NCBI GenBank assembly: GCA_002434805.1 | Contig: DJKW01000001.1 | Location: 87,985 to 148,151 of the forward strand | DNA length: 60,167 nucleotides | Source of the DNA: Patescibacteria group bacterium UBA6532 | Lineage (GTDB): Bacteria > Patescibacteriota > Minisyncoccia > Minisyncoccales > UBA6532 | Direction: 5' to 3' | Shown: one piece after another, positions 44,804-53,449 of the stretch | How the letters are laid out: each line of letters opens with the position of its first letter | How positions within the stretch are numbered: the first letter of the stretch is position 1 | The notes under the pieces: generated by a model | The model's input: the letters and a program-made list of their open reading frames with translations, nothing else | Database searches by the model: none | Told to the model about the DNA's origin: nothing | Program-made: the position numbers and the translations under genes

Positions 44804-45631
44804 TTATGATTTCTTTTTTCTTCTTTGAATTATATATTTATCTGTCCACTTCTTTTTCCTCGTTTTTACCCCTAAAGCTTTCTTTCCCCAGGGGGTCTTT
44901 GGACTGGGCATGCCGATAGGCGACCTTCCTTCTCCTCCACCATGAGGGTGATCAGGAGGATTCATGGCTGTTCCCCTAACATGCGGCCTTTTTCCCCTAT
45001 GGCGGGTCCTGCCGGCTTTCCCCACCCTTATATATTTATGTTCTGGCCGGGAAACGGCTCCAATGGTAGCAAAGCAATTATTTAATAATATCCTGACCTC
45101 TTTTGACGGCATTTCCAAATGGGTGTACTTGCCTTCCTGGGCTAAAACCTTGGCTGATGTCCCAGCTCCCCTTGCTAATTTTCCTCCGAGGCCAATCTCT
45201 AATTCAATATTGCAAATTACGGTTCCGATGGTAATATTTTTTAATTTTATCCTGTTTCCAATCTTAATTTCCGCTTTATCTGCACAAATAACTTCATCTC
45301 CAACCTTTAAACCATGAGGGGCAATTCGGTATCTCTTTTCTCCGTCTTTGTACTCTAAAAGAACAATGAAAGCGGTACGATTGGGATCGTATTCCAAAGC
45401 GATAACTTTTGCTAAAACATCTAATTTTTCCTGGCCGAAGTCTATTATTCGATACATCTTGCTTGCTCCCCCTCCTTGATGCCTGACTGTAATTCTGCCG
45501 CTCTTAGCCCTGCCGGCTCTTTTTTGCAACTTTAAAAGAAGGGTCTTTTCCGGCTCTTTTTTAGTCAAGATAGAAAAATCTTCCTTTATAGCATGTCTTC
45601 TTCCCGGTGTAGTTGGTTTTTGTTTTTTCAT
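44804..45631 (-). CDS. rplB: 50S ribosomal protein L2
   Basis: GGGASKMYRIIDF...VRGTAMNPPDHPHGGGEGR. Confidence 0.96.
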   Translation of the reverse strand: MKKQKPTTPGRRHAIKEDFSILTKKEPEKTLLLKLQKRAGRAKSGRITVRHQGGGASKMYRIIDFGQEKLDVLAKVIALEYDPNRTAFIVLLEYKDGEKRYRIAPHGLKVGDEVICADKAEIKIGNRIKLKNITIGTVICNIELEIGLGGKLARGAGTSAKVLAQEGKYTHLEMPSKEVRILLNNCFATIGAVSRPEHKYIRVGKAGRTRHRGKRPHVRGTAMNPPDHPHGGGEGRSPIGMPSPKTPWGKKALGVKTRKKKWTDKYIIQRRKKKS

Positions 45632-45636
45632 AATGA

Positions 45637-46074
45637 TTATCTTGGCATTAATTCAATCTTTTGCCCTTCTTTTACTTTAACTATGGCTTTCTTATACCCC
45701 TTTCTCTGACCCTCTATCTTGCCCAGCTTTCTTTTCTTTGGAGGAATATTTACAATCCTTACATTCAAAACACCTACGCCGTATAAATTCTGGACAGCTC
45801 TCTTGATTTCTATCTTATTTGCATTAGGCCAGACTCTAAAAACGTATTTATTTTTCCCGACCAAATCAGTTACTTTTTCCGTAATATGTGGTTGTTTTAA
45901 AATTCTATAAGCAAAGCCAGGGGCTCTTTCTTTTGAAACTGAAGTTTTTTTAACCTTATCTGATTTTTTCTTGTCTAAAGCCTTTGGTTTTTTTTCAGCT
46001 TTAACTTTAACCTCTTTCTTTTTAGGCTTTTTTGTCTCTTCCTTCTTTTTTTTAAAAATATCAAATAAGGCCAT
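45637..46074 (-). CDS. rplW: 50S ribosomal protein L23 with Lys-rich N-terminal extension
   Basis: The core starts near YRILKQPHITEK and is preceded by about 55 aa of a KKPKK-type tract. The start codon lies 1 nt after the rplD stop. Confidence 0.88.
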   Translation of the reverse strand: MALFDIFKKKKEETKKPKKKEVKVKAEKKPKALDKKKSDKVKKTSVSKERAPGFAYRILKQPHITEKVTDLVGKNKYVFRVWPNANKIEIKRAVQNLYGVGVLNVRIVNIPPKKRKLGKIEGQRKGYKKAIVKVKEGQKIELMPR

Positions 46075-46075
46075 G

Positions 46076-46705
46076 TTACTTCAAAAATGTTTCTTCTATC
46101 ACTTTTATCGAATCTTTTGGTATGAGCAAATATTTAAAAGAAAGTAAGTCCAAAATATTCAAATCCTTAGCTTGGATTGTTTTCAATTTTGGTAAATTTC
46201 TGGCAGATAAAATCGTATTCTTCTCCATTTTAGATAAAACAATCAAAGCTTTGTTGTCTTTGCAAGGAAGCTTTTTTAAAATCTCTGCCATAGCTTTTGT
46301 CTTCGCTTTCTCTATATTTAACTTATCTAACAATATTAATAGATTATTTTTTGCTTTAGCCGACAAAACTATAAACAAGGCTTTTCTCTTCATCTTTGTC
46401 GGAATTGTTTTCTTGAAAACCCTTTCTTTGGTTGGCCCGAAAGTTACTCCTCCTCCTCGCCAGATTGGAGACCTTATGGAACCGTGCCTTGCCCTGCCCG
46501 TCCCTTTTTGGCGCCAAGGCTTTTTACCTCCACCACGAACCTCAGCCCTTCCTTTAGTATGAGCAATAATTCTTCTGCGGTTTGCCATTTGGGAAACCGC
46601 TACCTGATGGACTAAGTCAGAATTCATCTTCACGCCAAAAATCCCAGAGGGCAACCTCGTTTGTCCAATGTTTTCTCCTTTTTGGTTGTACATTTTAACA
46701 AGCAT
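46076..46705 (-). CDS. rplD: 50S ribosomal protein L4
   Basis: RGGGKKPWRQKGTGRARHGSIRSPIWRGGGVTFGP. Confidence 0.95.
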   Translation of the reverse strand: MLVKMYNQKGENIGQTRLPSGIFGVKMNSDLVHQVAVSQMANRRRIIAHTKGRAEVRGGGKKPWRQKGTGRARHGSIRSPIWRGGGVTFGPTKERVFKKTIPTKMKRKALFIVLSAKAKNNLLILLDKLNIEKAKTKAMAEILKKLPCKDNKALIVLSKMEKNTILSARNLPKLKTIQAKDLNILDLLSFKYLLIPKDSIKVIEETFLK

Positions 46706-46713
46706 AATATTGT

Positions 46714-47334
46714 TTATCCTCTGATTTCCAGTAAGATTCCTTTAGCTCCAGGTATAGCTCCTTTAACCGCTAAAACATTGTTTTCAAGATCAACTTTCAT
46801 TACTTTTAGATTTTTAACCGTAACTCTTTCAGAACCCATTCTTCCTGGCATTTTCCTTCCCTTAATGACCCTTTGGGGAAACCTCCCTCCTGTAGATCCC
46901 GGAGTCCTTAATTCATGCTTTGTTCCGTGGGTAGCCGGCCTACCGGCAAAATGCCATCTTTTAACCACTCCTTGAAACCCTTTTCCTTTGGATAATCCTG
47001 AAACTTTGATCAAATCTCTTTCTTTAAAAACCGAGACGTCTATTTTATCCCCTAATTTTAATTCCTTATCATTAATTTTAAGTTCTTCATTCTTAAACTC
47101 TCTCAAAAAGACTAATTTTTCTATCTTTGCTTTCTTTAAATGTCCTTTTAAAGCCAGGCTTACTTTTTTTGCATTGCCAAATCCGATTTGGATTGAATTA
47201 TATTTATCTTTTTCTTTGGTTTTTATCTGGGTAACAAAACAAGGGCCAGCCTCAATCAAGGTTATTGGAATAACTTTGCCTTTTTCATCAAAAATCTGTG
47301 ACATTCCTAATTTTAAGCCTAAGATAAACTTCAT
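46714..47334 (-). CDS. rplC: 50S ribosomal protein L3
   Basis: MKFILGLKLGMSQIF...GKGFQGVVKRWHF. ATG at 47334 is preceded by GGAGGAA. The track start at 47346 is a TTG inside that Shine-Dalgarno sequence. Confidence 0.93.
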   Translation of the reverse strand: MKFILGLKLGMSQIFDEKGKVIPITLIEAGPCFVTQIKTKEKDKYNSIQIGFGNAKKVSLALKGHLKKAKIEKLVFLREFKNEELKINDKELKLGDKIDVSVFKERDLIKVSGLSKGKGFQGVVKRWHFAGRPATHGTKHELRTPGSTGGRFPQRVIKGRKMPGRMGSERVTVKNLKVMKVDLENNVLAVKGAIPGAKGILLEIRG

Positions 47335-47363
47335 AAATTCCTCCAAATAATTTCTCTAATGAA

Positions 47364-47386
47364 ATACCGGGCAACTAACCCGGTAT
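47364..47386 (-). promoter_or_regulatory. Stable hairpin in the rpsJ-rplC spacer (attenuator or operator candidate)
   Basis: Perfect 8-bp stem ATACCGGG-(7 nt)-CCCGGTAT. On the minus strand it is followed by UUCAUUAGAG and then the rplC Shine-Dalgarno sequence. Confidence 0.5.
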
Positions 47387-47455
47387 CACAAAAGATAGTT
47401 GCTTGTTTAATAAATTCTTAATTTAAGATTATATATTTATTCATTGGCAATGTTT

Positions 47456-47797
47456 TTACATTTTAATCTCAATGTCTACGCCGGCCGGCAAGGTCAAGTT
47501 AGTCAAGGCATCAATCACTCGCGATGTCGGATTTTTAATCTCAATCAATCTCTTGTGGACCCGCATCTCAAACTGCTCTCTGGCGTCTTTATGAACAAAA
47601 GTCGATCTATTGACGGTGTATTTACGAATTTCAGTAGGCAAAGGAACAGGACCTAAAACTTCAGATCCAAAACGCAAAGCCGTTTCCACAATCTGTCGAG
47701 CGGAATTATCAATCACTTTATGATCGTAAGCTCGTAATTTTATCCTTAATTTGGACTTAAATTCAGTTTCGCTCTTTGCGGCCTTTTTTGTCGGCAT
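47456..47797 (-). CDS. rpsJ: 30S ribosomal protein S10
   Basis: [24 protein letters not shown]...HKRLIEI. Confidence 0.95.
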   Translation of the reverse strand: MPTKKAAKSETEFKSKLRIKLRAYDHKVIDNSARQIVETALRFGSEVLGPVPLPTEIRKYTVNRSTFVHKDAREQFEMRVHKRLIEIKNPTSRVIDALTNLTLPAGVDIEIKM

Positions 47798-47818
47798 ATT
47801 AAAAGAACTTTATTTAAA

Positions 47819-49018
47819 TCATTTAATGATTTTTGTAATTACACCAGCTCCAACTGTTTTTCCACCCTCTCTGATGGCAAATCTCTGCTTTTCTTCTAAG
47901 GCAACAGGACCTATTAATTTTATCGTCAAATTAACAGTATCGCCTGGCATTACCATTTCTGTGCCTTTAGGTAAAATTACATCTCCGGTAACATCAGTGG
48001 TTCGAATGTAAAACTGGGGTTTGTATCCGGTAAAGAAAGGAGTGTGTCGTCCTCCTTCTTCTTTGGCTAAAACGTAAACCTCGGCTTCAAATTCAGTATG
48101 AGGTGTGATGGAACCGGGTTTAGCTAAAACCTGTCCCCTTTCAACTTCTTCTTTCTTCACTCCTCGAAGCAAAACTCCAACATTATCTCCTGCTCTTCCC
48201 TCGTCTAATATCTTATTAAACATTTCAATGCTTACCGCAGTGGTTTTAGCCGTAGGTCGGAGTCCAACTAATTCTACTTCTTCATTTGACTTGACCACTC
48301 CTCTGTCAATTCTGCCTGTTGCCACCGTTCCCCTTCCTTCAATAGTAAAGACGTCCTCTATGGCCATTAAGAATGGTTTATCAACTTCTCTGACGGGCTC
48401 TGGTATGAATTCATCCAAAGCTTTAACAAGCTCTAAAATAGGCTTGGCTGCTTCGTCATCCCCTGACTTTGTCTCTAAAGCTTTTAAGGCAGAACCTTTG
48501 ATAACCGGAGTTTTATCTCCTGGATAATCGTATTTCTTTAAAAGCTCTCTCACTTCTGACTCAACAAGGGTTATCATTTCTGGATCATCTACCATATCAA
48601 CTTTATTTAAAAATACAACTACTGATGGCAAGCCAACCTGTCTAGCTAACAAGATGTGTTCCCTAGTTTGTGGCATTGGACCGTCTGGAGCTGAAACTAC
48701 TAAAATAGCACCGTCCATTTGGGCAGCTCCTGTAATCATGTTTTTAATATAGTCAGCGTGACCTGGAGCGTCAATATGAGCATAATGCCGCTTTTCGCTT
48801 TCATACTCCAAGTGAGAAACGGAAATAGTTAATCCTCGAGCTTTCTCTTCTGGAGCAGAATCAATCTCGTCAATGCTTTTATCCATTACCTTTAACCCCT
48901 TCAATTTCAAAACATGAAGGATGGCGGCAGTAAGAGTGGTTTTCCCGTGGTCAACGTGACCGATGGTACCAACATTGACATGAGGTTTCACTCTCTCAAA
49001 TTTTTCTTTCTCAGCCAT
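47819..49018 (-). CDS. tuf: Elongation factor Tu
   Basis: [22 protein letters not shown]. 399 aa. Confidence 0.98.
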   Translation of the reverse strand: MAEKEKFERVKPHVNVGTIGHVDHGKTTLTAAILHVLKLKGLKVMDKSIDEIDSAPEEKARGLTISVSHLEYESEKRHYAHIDAPGHADYIKNMITGAAQMDGAILVVSAPDGPMPQTREHILLARQVGLPSVVVFLNKVDMVDDPEMITLVESEVRELLKKYDYPGDKTPVIKGSALKALETKSGDDEAAKPILELVKALDEFIPEPVREVDKPFLMAIEDVFTIEGRGTVATGRIDRGVVKSNEEVELVGLRPTAKTTAVSIEMFNKILDEGRAGDNVGVLLRGVKKEEVERGQVLAKPGSITPHTEFEAEVYVLAKEEGGRHTPFFTGYKPQFYIRTTDVTGDVILPKGTEMVMPGDTVNLTIKLIGPVALEEKQRFAIREGGKTVGAGVITKIIK

Positions 49019-49027
49019 AATCTAACT

Positions 49028-49059
49028 TTTTAGCTTACTGAATTTTAGCTTATTAGCTT
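49028..49059 (-). repeat. Three copies of the heptamer AAGCTAA in the tuf 5' UTR
   Basis: Plus-strand TTAGCTT at 49030-49036, 49045-49051 and 49053-49059. Two copies extend to the 10-mer TTTTAGCTTA. Confidence 0.6.
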
Positions 49060-49135
49060 TTTAAAAAAATTTCCTAAAAAGATAAGAAACTATTCTTCAA
49101 TAAACTCTTTTGGTTATCTTTTATATATATTATAT

Positions 49136-49163
49136 ATTATATTTAATTTCAAAATAAAGTCAA
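49136..49163 (-). promoter_or_regulatory. Near-consensus sigma-70 promoter for tuf
   Basis: Minus strand reads TTGACT (49163-49158), a 16-nt spacer, then TATAAT (49141-49136). Lies in the 158-nt AT-rich gap upstream of tuf. Confidence 0.6.
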
Positions 49164-49176
49164 CCTTATACTAGCA

Positions 49177-49392
49177 TTAAACAGGAAGGTCTTCAAGCGT
49201 CAGTTCTTCTGTTGGCTTTTTGTCTTTAGATGCTTTATTCTTTTCTTCTGTCTTTGGATCAAGAGAAGGTTTTTTCAGCTTTGCTTTATAATCCTCAAAA
49301 CTCATTATCACTAATGTTGGTTCTCCGTCTTCAACAATGATAATTTTTCCTCCGTCAGCTTTAATTATTTCTTTGATTTCTTCTAAATTCAT
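49177..49392 (-). CDS. Small hypothetical protein, Phd/YefM-antitoxin-like N-terminus, acidic C-terminal tail
   Basis: 71-aa ORF whose ATG lies 1 nt after the fusA stop. KIIIVEDGEPTLVIMSFEDYKAKL resembles the YefM/Phd beta-strand-helix start. Tail ends EELTLEDLPV. Confidence 0.5.
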   Translation of the reverse strand: MNLEEIKEIIKADGGKIIIVEDGEPTLVIMSFEDYKAKLKKPSLDPKTEEKNKASKDKKPTEELTLEDLPV

Positions 49393-49393
49393 A

Positions 49394-51499
49394 TTATTTT
49401 AATTTACCTTCAATAATTTCTTGAGCAATATTATTGGGCACTTCTTCATAACGGTCAAATTCCATGGTAAATGTTCCTCTTCCTTCTGTCATGCTTCTCA
49501 AAGCGGTAGCGTAGCCAAACATCTGAGCTAGAGGAACTTTAACCTCAATAACTTTCATTTTAATCCGATCTTTGGTTTCTTCAACCTTGCCACGCCTGGC
49601 TGAAAGATCGCCAATAGTATCTCCGAAGAATTCTGACGGGATTACTACTTCTAACTTCATTATTGGTTCCAATAAAACTGGTTTTGCTCTTTTTGAAGCA
49701 GCTTGCAAGGCTTTGGAACCTGCAATCTTAAAAGCAACTTCTGAAGAATCTACATCATGATATGAACCGTCATAAAGGGTTACCTCTATATCAACCATTG
49801 GATAGCCAGCGACAACACCCTTGTCCAGAGCTTCTTTTACTCCTTTTTTAACAGCGGGAATAAATTCTTTAGGAATAGAGCCTCCTTTAATTTCATCAAT
49901 AAACTTAAATCCTTCTCCTCGTTTTTTAGGATTAATTCGCAGCCAAACATGCCCGTATTGTCCCCGGCCGCCAGACTGTTTGATATACTTGCCTTCAGCT
50001 TCAGCTTCCTCTAATATTGTTTCTTTATAAGCTACTTGCGGCCTTCCAATACTAGCTTCCACTTTAAATTCCCTTCTCATTCTATCAGTAATTATGTCTA
50101 AATGTAATTCTCCCATACCGGAAATTATTGTTTCTCCTGTCTCAATATCGCTTTTTATCCTAAAAGTTGGGTCTTCTTCAGCTAATTTCTTTAAGGATAA
50201 TCCCATCTTTTCCTGATCAGCTTTAGTTTTAGGCTCTATCCTGATAGAAATAACAGGCTCAGGAAAGGTAATTTTTTCCAGTAAAATTGGATGTTCTTCG
50301 TCGCAAAGAGTATGGCCGGTAGAAGTAGATTTAAAACCAACGCTAGCGGCAATATCTCCGGCAAAAAGCTCTTCTACTTCTTCACGCTCTTGGGCATGCA
50401 TCCTTAAAATTCGGCCCACCCTTTCTTTTTCGCCTGAAGTTGAGTTTAATAAATAAGAACCTTTTGTTAATTGACCGGAATAAACTCTAAAATAGGTTAA
50501 GCTGCCAACATAAGAATCAGTGGCAATTTTAAAAGCCAAACCGGAAAAATGCTCTTTATCGTCAGCCTTTCTTTCAATTTCTTTTCCGGTTTTTGGATCA
50601 GTCCCCTTAATTGGAGGAAGATCAACAGGGTTGGGAAGATAATGAACTACTCCGTCTAAAACAAGCTGAACCCCCTTATTTTTAAGAGCTGATCCGCAAA
50701 ATACGGGAATTAATTTATAATTTATAGTTGCTTTTCTTAATATTTCTTTTAACTCAGGAACTAAAATTTCTTTGCCGGCCAGATATTTCTCTAATATTTT
50801 TTCGTCTTCAGCTACAATCTTTTCCACTAATTTATTTCTCCACTCTTTGGCCTTTTCCAATAAATCAGAAGGGATTTCTTCTTCTTTGATAATCTGGCCA
50901 AAGTCTCCGTCAAATTTCAAAGCCTTCATGGCTAAAAGATCAATCACTCCCTCAAATTTATCTTCAGCTCCAATGGGTAATTGAAGAGCTATGGCATTAG
51001 GGCTAAGTTTCTCTAAAATAGACTTAAAACTTTTTTCAAAATCAGCGCCCATTCTGTCCATTTTATTAATAAAACAAATCCTGGGAACCTTGAATCTGTC
51101 AGCTTGATACCAAACTGTTTCTGATTGAGGCTCAACGCCGGCTACTCCGTCAAAAACAACTACGGCTCCGTCTAAAACCCTTAAAGATCTTTGGACTTCG
51201 GCTGTAAAATCTATGTGGCCTGGAGTATCAATAATATTTATTTGATATTCATTGGCTTTATCTCGAGACAAGCCTTGGGGTATCCAAAAAGAAGTGGTGG
51301 CTGCAGCTGTAATGGTAATTCCCCTCTCTCTTTCCTGCTCCATCCAGTCCATGATTGCTTTCCCGTCATGCACTTCTCCAATTTTGTGGGAAATTCCAGT
51401 GTAAAATAAAACTCGCTCGGTCATTGTTGTTTTACCAGCATCAATATGAGCGATAATTCCAATATTACGATAACGTTCAATAGGATATTTTCTTGGCAT
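49394..51499 (-). CDS. fusA: Elongation factor G
   Basis: [21 protein letters not shown]. 701 aa. Confidence 0.98.
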   Translation of the reverse strand: MPRKYPIERYRNIGIIAHIDAGKTTMTERVLFYTGISHKIGEVHDGKAIMDWMEQERERGITITAAATTSFWIPQGLSRDKANEYQINIIDTPGHIDFTAEVQRSLRVLDGAVVVFDGVAGVEPQSETVWYQADRFKVPRICFINKMDRMGADFEKSFKSILEKLSPNAIALQLPIGAEDKFEGVIDLLAMKALKFDGDFGQIIKEEEIPSDLLEKAKEWRNKLVEKIVAEDEKILEKYLAGKEILVPELKEILRKATINYKLIPVFCGSALKNKGVQLVLDGVVHYLPNPVDLPPIKGTDPKTGKEIERKADDKEHFSGLAFKIATDSYVGSLTYFRVYSGQLTKGSYLLNSTSGEKERVGRILRMHAQEREEVEELFAGDIAASVGFKSTSTGHTLCDEEHPILLEKITFPEPVISIRIEPKTKADQEKMGLSLKKLAEEDPTFRIKSDIETGETIISGMGELHLDIITDRMRREFKVEASIGRPQVAYKETILEEAEAEGKYIKQSGGRGQYGHVWLRINPKKRGEGFKFIDEIKGGSIPKEFIPAVKKGVKEALDKGVVAGYPMVDIEVTLYDGSYHDVDSSEVAFKIAGSKALQAASKRAKPVLLEPIMKLEVVIPSEFFGDTIGDLSARRGKVEETKDRIKMKVIEVKVPLAQMFGYATALRSMTEGRGTFTMEFDRYEEVPNNIAQEIIEGKLK

Positions 51500-51517
51500 A
51501 ATGTGTTTATTAATCCC

Positions 51518-51985
51518 TTACCAGGAAAAATGGGCAAAAGCCCGGTTGGCTTCAGCCATTCGGTGGGTATTTTCTTTCTTTCTCACCGCTCCTCCTGTAT
51601 TTTTTGAAGCGTCAATCAGCTCGTCAGCCAGCTTTACCTTCATTGGTTTTCCTTTTTTAGTCTTTGAGGCATCAATTAACCAACGAATAGCCAGGCTTAT
51701 TTTCCTCTTGCTGTTTACCGGAGTGGGAACCTGATAAGTTGCCCCTCCCACCCTTTTTGATTTTACTTCCAATAAGGGTGAAACATTTTCAATAGCTAAT
51801 TCAAAAACCTCTAAGGGTTCTTTTTTTGTTTTTTCTTTGATTATATCAAAAGCACCGTAGAGAATCTTCCTTACTATGGTTTTCTTGCCCTTTTTCATTA
51901 ACTGATTGATAAACTTAGAAACGAGTGTGCTGTTGTAAATGAGGTCAGGCTGAATATTATCTTGTTGTCTCTTTTTTTGATCCAT
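51518..51985 (-). CDS. rpsG: 30S ribosomal protein S7
   Basis: VGGATYQVP...[13 protein letters not shown]. Confidence 0.96.
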   Translation of the reverse strand: MDQKKRQQDNIQPDLIYNSTLVSKFINQLMKKGKKTIVRKILYGAFDIIKEKTKKEPLEVFELAIENVSPLLEVKSKRVGGATYQVPTPVNSKRKISLAIRWLIDASKTKKGKPMKVKLADELIDASKNTGGAVRKKENTHRMAEANRAFAHFSW

Positions 51986-51987
51986 AA

Positions 51988-52398
51988 TTATTTTTTTCGT
52001 TTGGTTCCGTATTTTGATCTCTCTCGCTTTCGACCCTCAACTCCCCCTGTGTCTAAGACTCCTCTTACAATATGGTATCTCACTCCAGGCAAATCTTTTA
52101 CTCTTCCGCCCCGGATTATAACAACGGAGTGCTCTTGCAAATTGTGGCCCTCGCCGGGGATATAAGCTGTCACCTCCATTCCGTTGGTAAGCCGGACTCT
52201 GGCTACCTTTCTTAGGGCGGAATTCGGTTTCTTGGGAGTAGTCGTAAAAACTTTTAAACAAACTCCTCTTTTAAAAGGGGAAGAATATTCTTTCGACCGG
52301 TTCTTTAAAACATTAAAACCAAAAGCCAAAGCCGGTGACTTCGTCTTTTTTTTTGCTTTCTTCCTCCCTTTTTTCATTAATTGATGAATGGTCGGCAT
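51988..52398 (-). CDS. rpsL: 30S ribosomal protein S12
   Basis: [12 protein letters not shown]...[16 protein letters not shown]...GVRYHIVRG. Confidence 0.97.
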   Translation of the reverse strand: MPTIHQLMKKGRKKAKKKTKSPALAFGFNVLKNRSKEYSSPFKRGVCLKVFTTTPKKPNSALRKVARVRLTNGMEVTAYIPGEGHNLQEHSVVIIRGGRVKDLPGVRYHIVRGVLDTGGVEGRKRERSKYGTKRKK

Positions 52399-52412
52399 AT
52401 ATAAAAATAATT

Positions 52413-52427
52413 AAGCGCTAAGCGCTT
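52413..52427 (-). promoter_or_regulatory. Small GC hairpin in the rpsL 5' UTR
   Basis: AAGCGC-TTA-GCGCTT on the minus strand, ending 14 nt before the rpsL ATG. Confidence 0.35.
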
Positions 52428-52436
52428 TCAATAATA

Positions 52437-52465
52437 AATTTAACAGATTAAAAAATTAATGTCAA
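52437..52465 (-). promoter_or_regulatory. Sigma-70-type promoter for the rpsL superoperon
   Basis: Minus strand reads TTGACA (52465-52460), a 17-nt spacer, then TAAATT (52442-52437). The -35 starts 1 nt after the upstream M50 gene stop. Confidence 0.5.
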
Positions 52466-52466
52466 C

Positions 52467-53096
52467 TTAAATAATAAGAGGCTGGCCGGTGATTAGATAA
52501 TAAAGAATGAATACTCCTATAAAAACCCATTGTAGGCCATAAATGATGAAAAAAATCAGAATGAAAAGTCCGTATTGAGAAAGGGCTTCTTTTAATTTCC
52601 AGAATTTTTCCGGCAAAAGGGAAAAAAGGAGATGGGAGCCGTCCAAAGGCGGAATAGGAATTAAGTTAAAAATAGCCAATAAAAGATTTAAAATAACAAT
52701 AATGCTGAAAATTGATAGAACAGGAACTGGTAAGGGAAGAAATCTGATGAGAAGGCCGAAAAAGAGGGCTAAGAGAAAATTTGATCCCGGGCCGGCCAGA
52801 GCTACCTTAACATTATCCCACCTTGCATCTTTAAAATTATATGGATTGATGGGAACTGGCTTTGCCCAGCCTAAAATAATTGTTGGTGCTCCAAGAAGAA
52901 TAGGAATAGCTAAAATCAGCGGCAAGATAATTGAACCGAAAGGATCAATGTGCGGAATCGGGTTTAAGGTAAGACGGCCGGCATACTTTGCTGTCGGATC
53001 TCCCAAAGCATAGGCCACGCTTCCATGAGAAACCTCATGAATAATTATAGAAAAAAGCAATATAGCAAAATAGAAAATGATTTCAATAATTGGCAT
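52467..53096 (-). CDS. Site-2 protease family protein (M50B)
   Basis: HEVSHG zinc motif in the first TM helix, NLIPIPPLDGSH motif, polytopic. 209 aa. Confidence 0.85.
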   Translation of the reverse strand: MPIIEIIFYFAILLFSIIIHEVSHGSVAYALGDPTAKYAGRLTLNPIPHIDPFGSIILPLILAIPILLGAPTIILGWAKPVPINPYNFKDARWDNVKVALAGPGSNFLLALFFGLLIRFLPLPVPVLSIFSIIVILNLLLAIFNLIPIPPLDGSHLLFSLLPEKFWKLKEALSQYGLFILIFFIIYGLQWVFIGVFILYYLITGQPLII

Positions 53097-53143
53097 AATT
53101 TAGTGATTTTACTATAACACGGCTTGCCCGCAAGCAAAAACTT

Positions 53144-53152
53144 TGATAAGAT
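53144..53152 (+). promoter_or_regulatory. Extended -10 promoter TGATAAGAT, 7 nt upstream of the rpmB ATG
   Basis: TGATAAGAT-AACTCAT-ATG. No Shine-Dalgarno sequence. Confidence 0.4.
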
Positions 53153-53159
53153 AACTCAT

Positions 53160-53351
53160 ATGGCAAAACAATGCGCAATCTGCGAAAAAAAAGGAATAAT
53201 GAGCTGGCGCTTAAAAAAGCTTAGAGGAAAATACAATCCTACTATTAAAACAAGAAAACAACCCAATCTTCAATGGGTCCGTTTAATTGATTCTGGAAAA
53301 AAAGTTCGGGCCTGCGCAAAATGCATCAAAGCGATGGGAAAAGTAAAATGA
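53160..53351 (+). CDS. rpmB: 50S ribosomal protein L28 (zinc-binding form)
   Basis: MAKQCAICEKKG...QPNLQWVRL...RACAKCIKA. 63 aa from the ATG at 53160. The track ORF begins at an upstream TTG. Confidence 0.85.
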   Translation: MAKQCAICEKKGIMSWRLKKLRGKYNPTIKTRKQPNLQWVRLIDSGKKVRACAKCIKAMGKVK

Positions 53352-53354
53352 CAG

Positions 53355-53430
53355 CGGGGCATAGTGTAATGGCCAACATGCGCCCATGGGGTGGGTGTGA
53401 TTCTGGGTTCGAGTCCCAGTGCCCCGACCA
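53355..53430 (+). tRNA. tRNA-Pro (anticodon GGG) with encoded CCA
   Basis: Acceptor CGGGGCA/TGCCCCG, anticodon stem CGCCC/GGGTG with loop ATGGGGT, T-arm CTGGG-TTCGAGT-CCCAG, A73, CCA. Starts 3 nt after the rpmB stop. Confidence 0.88.
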
Positions 53431-53449
53431 ACTACTAACTAGGCTTAAT

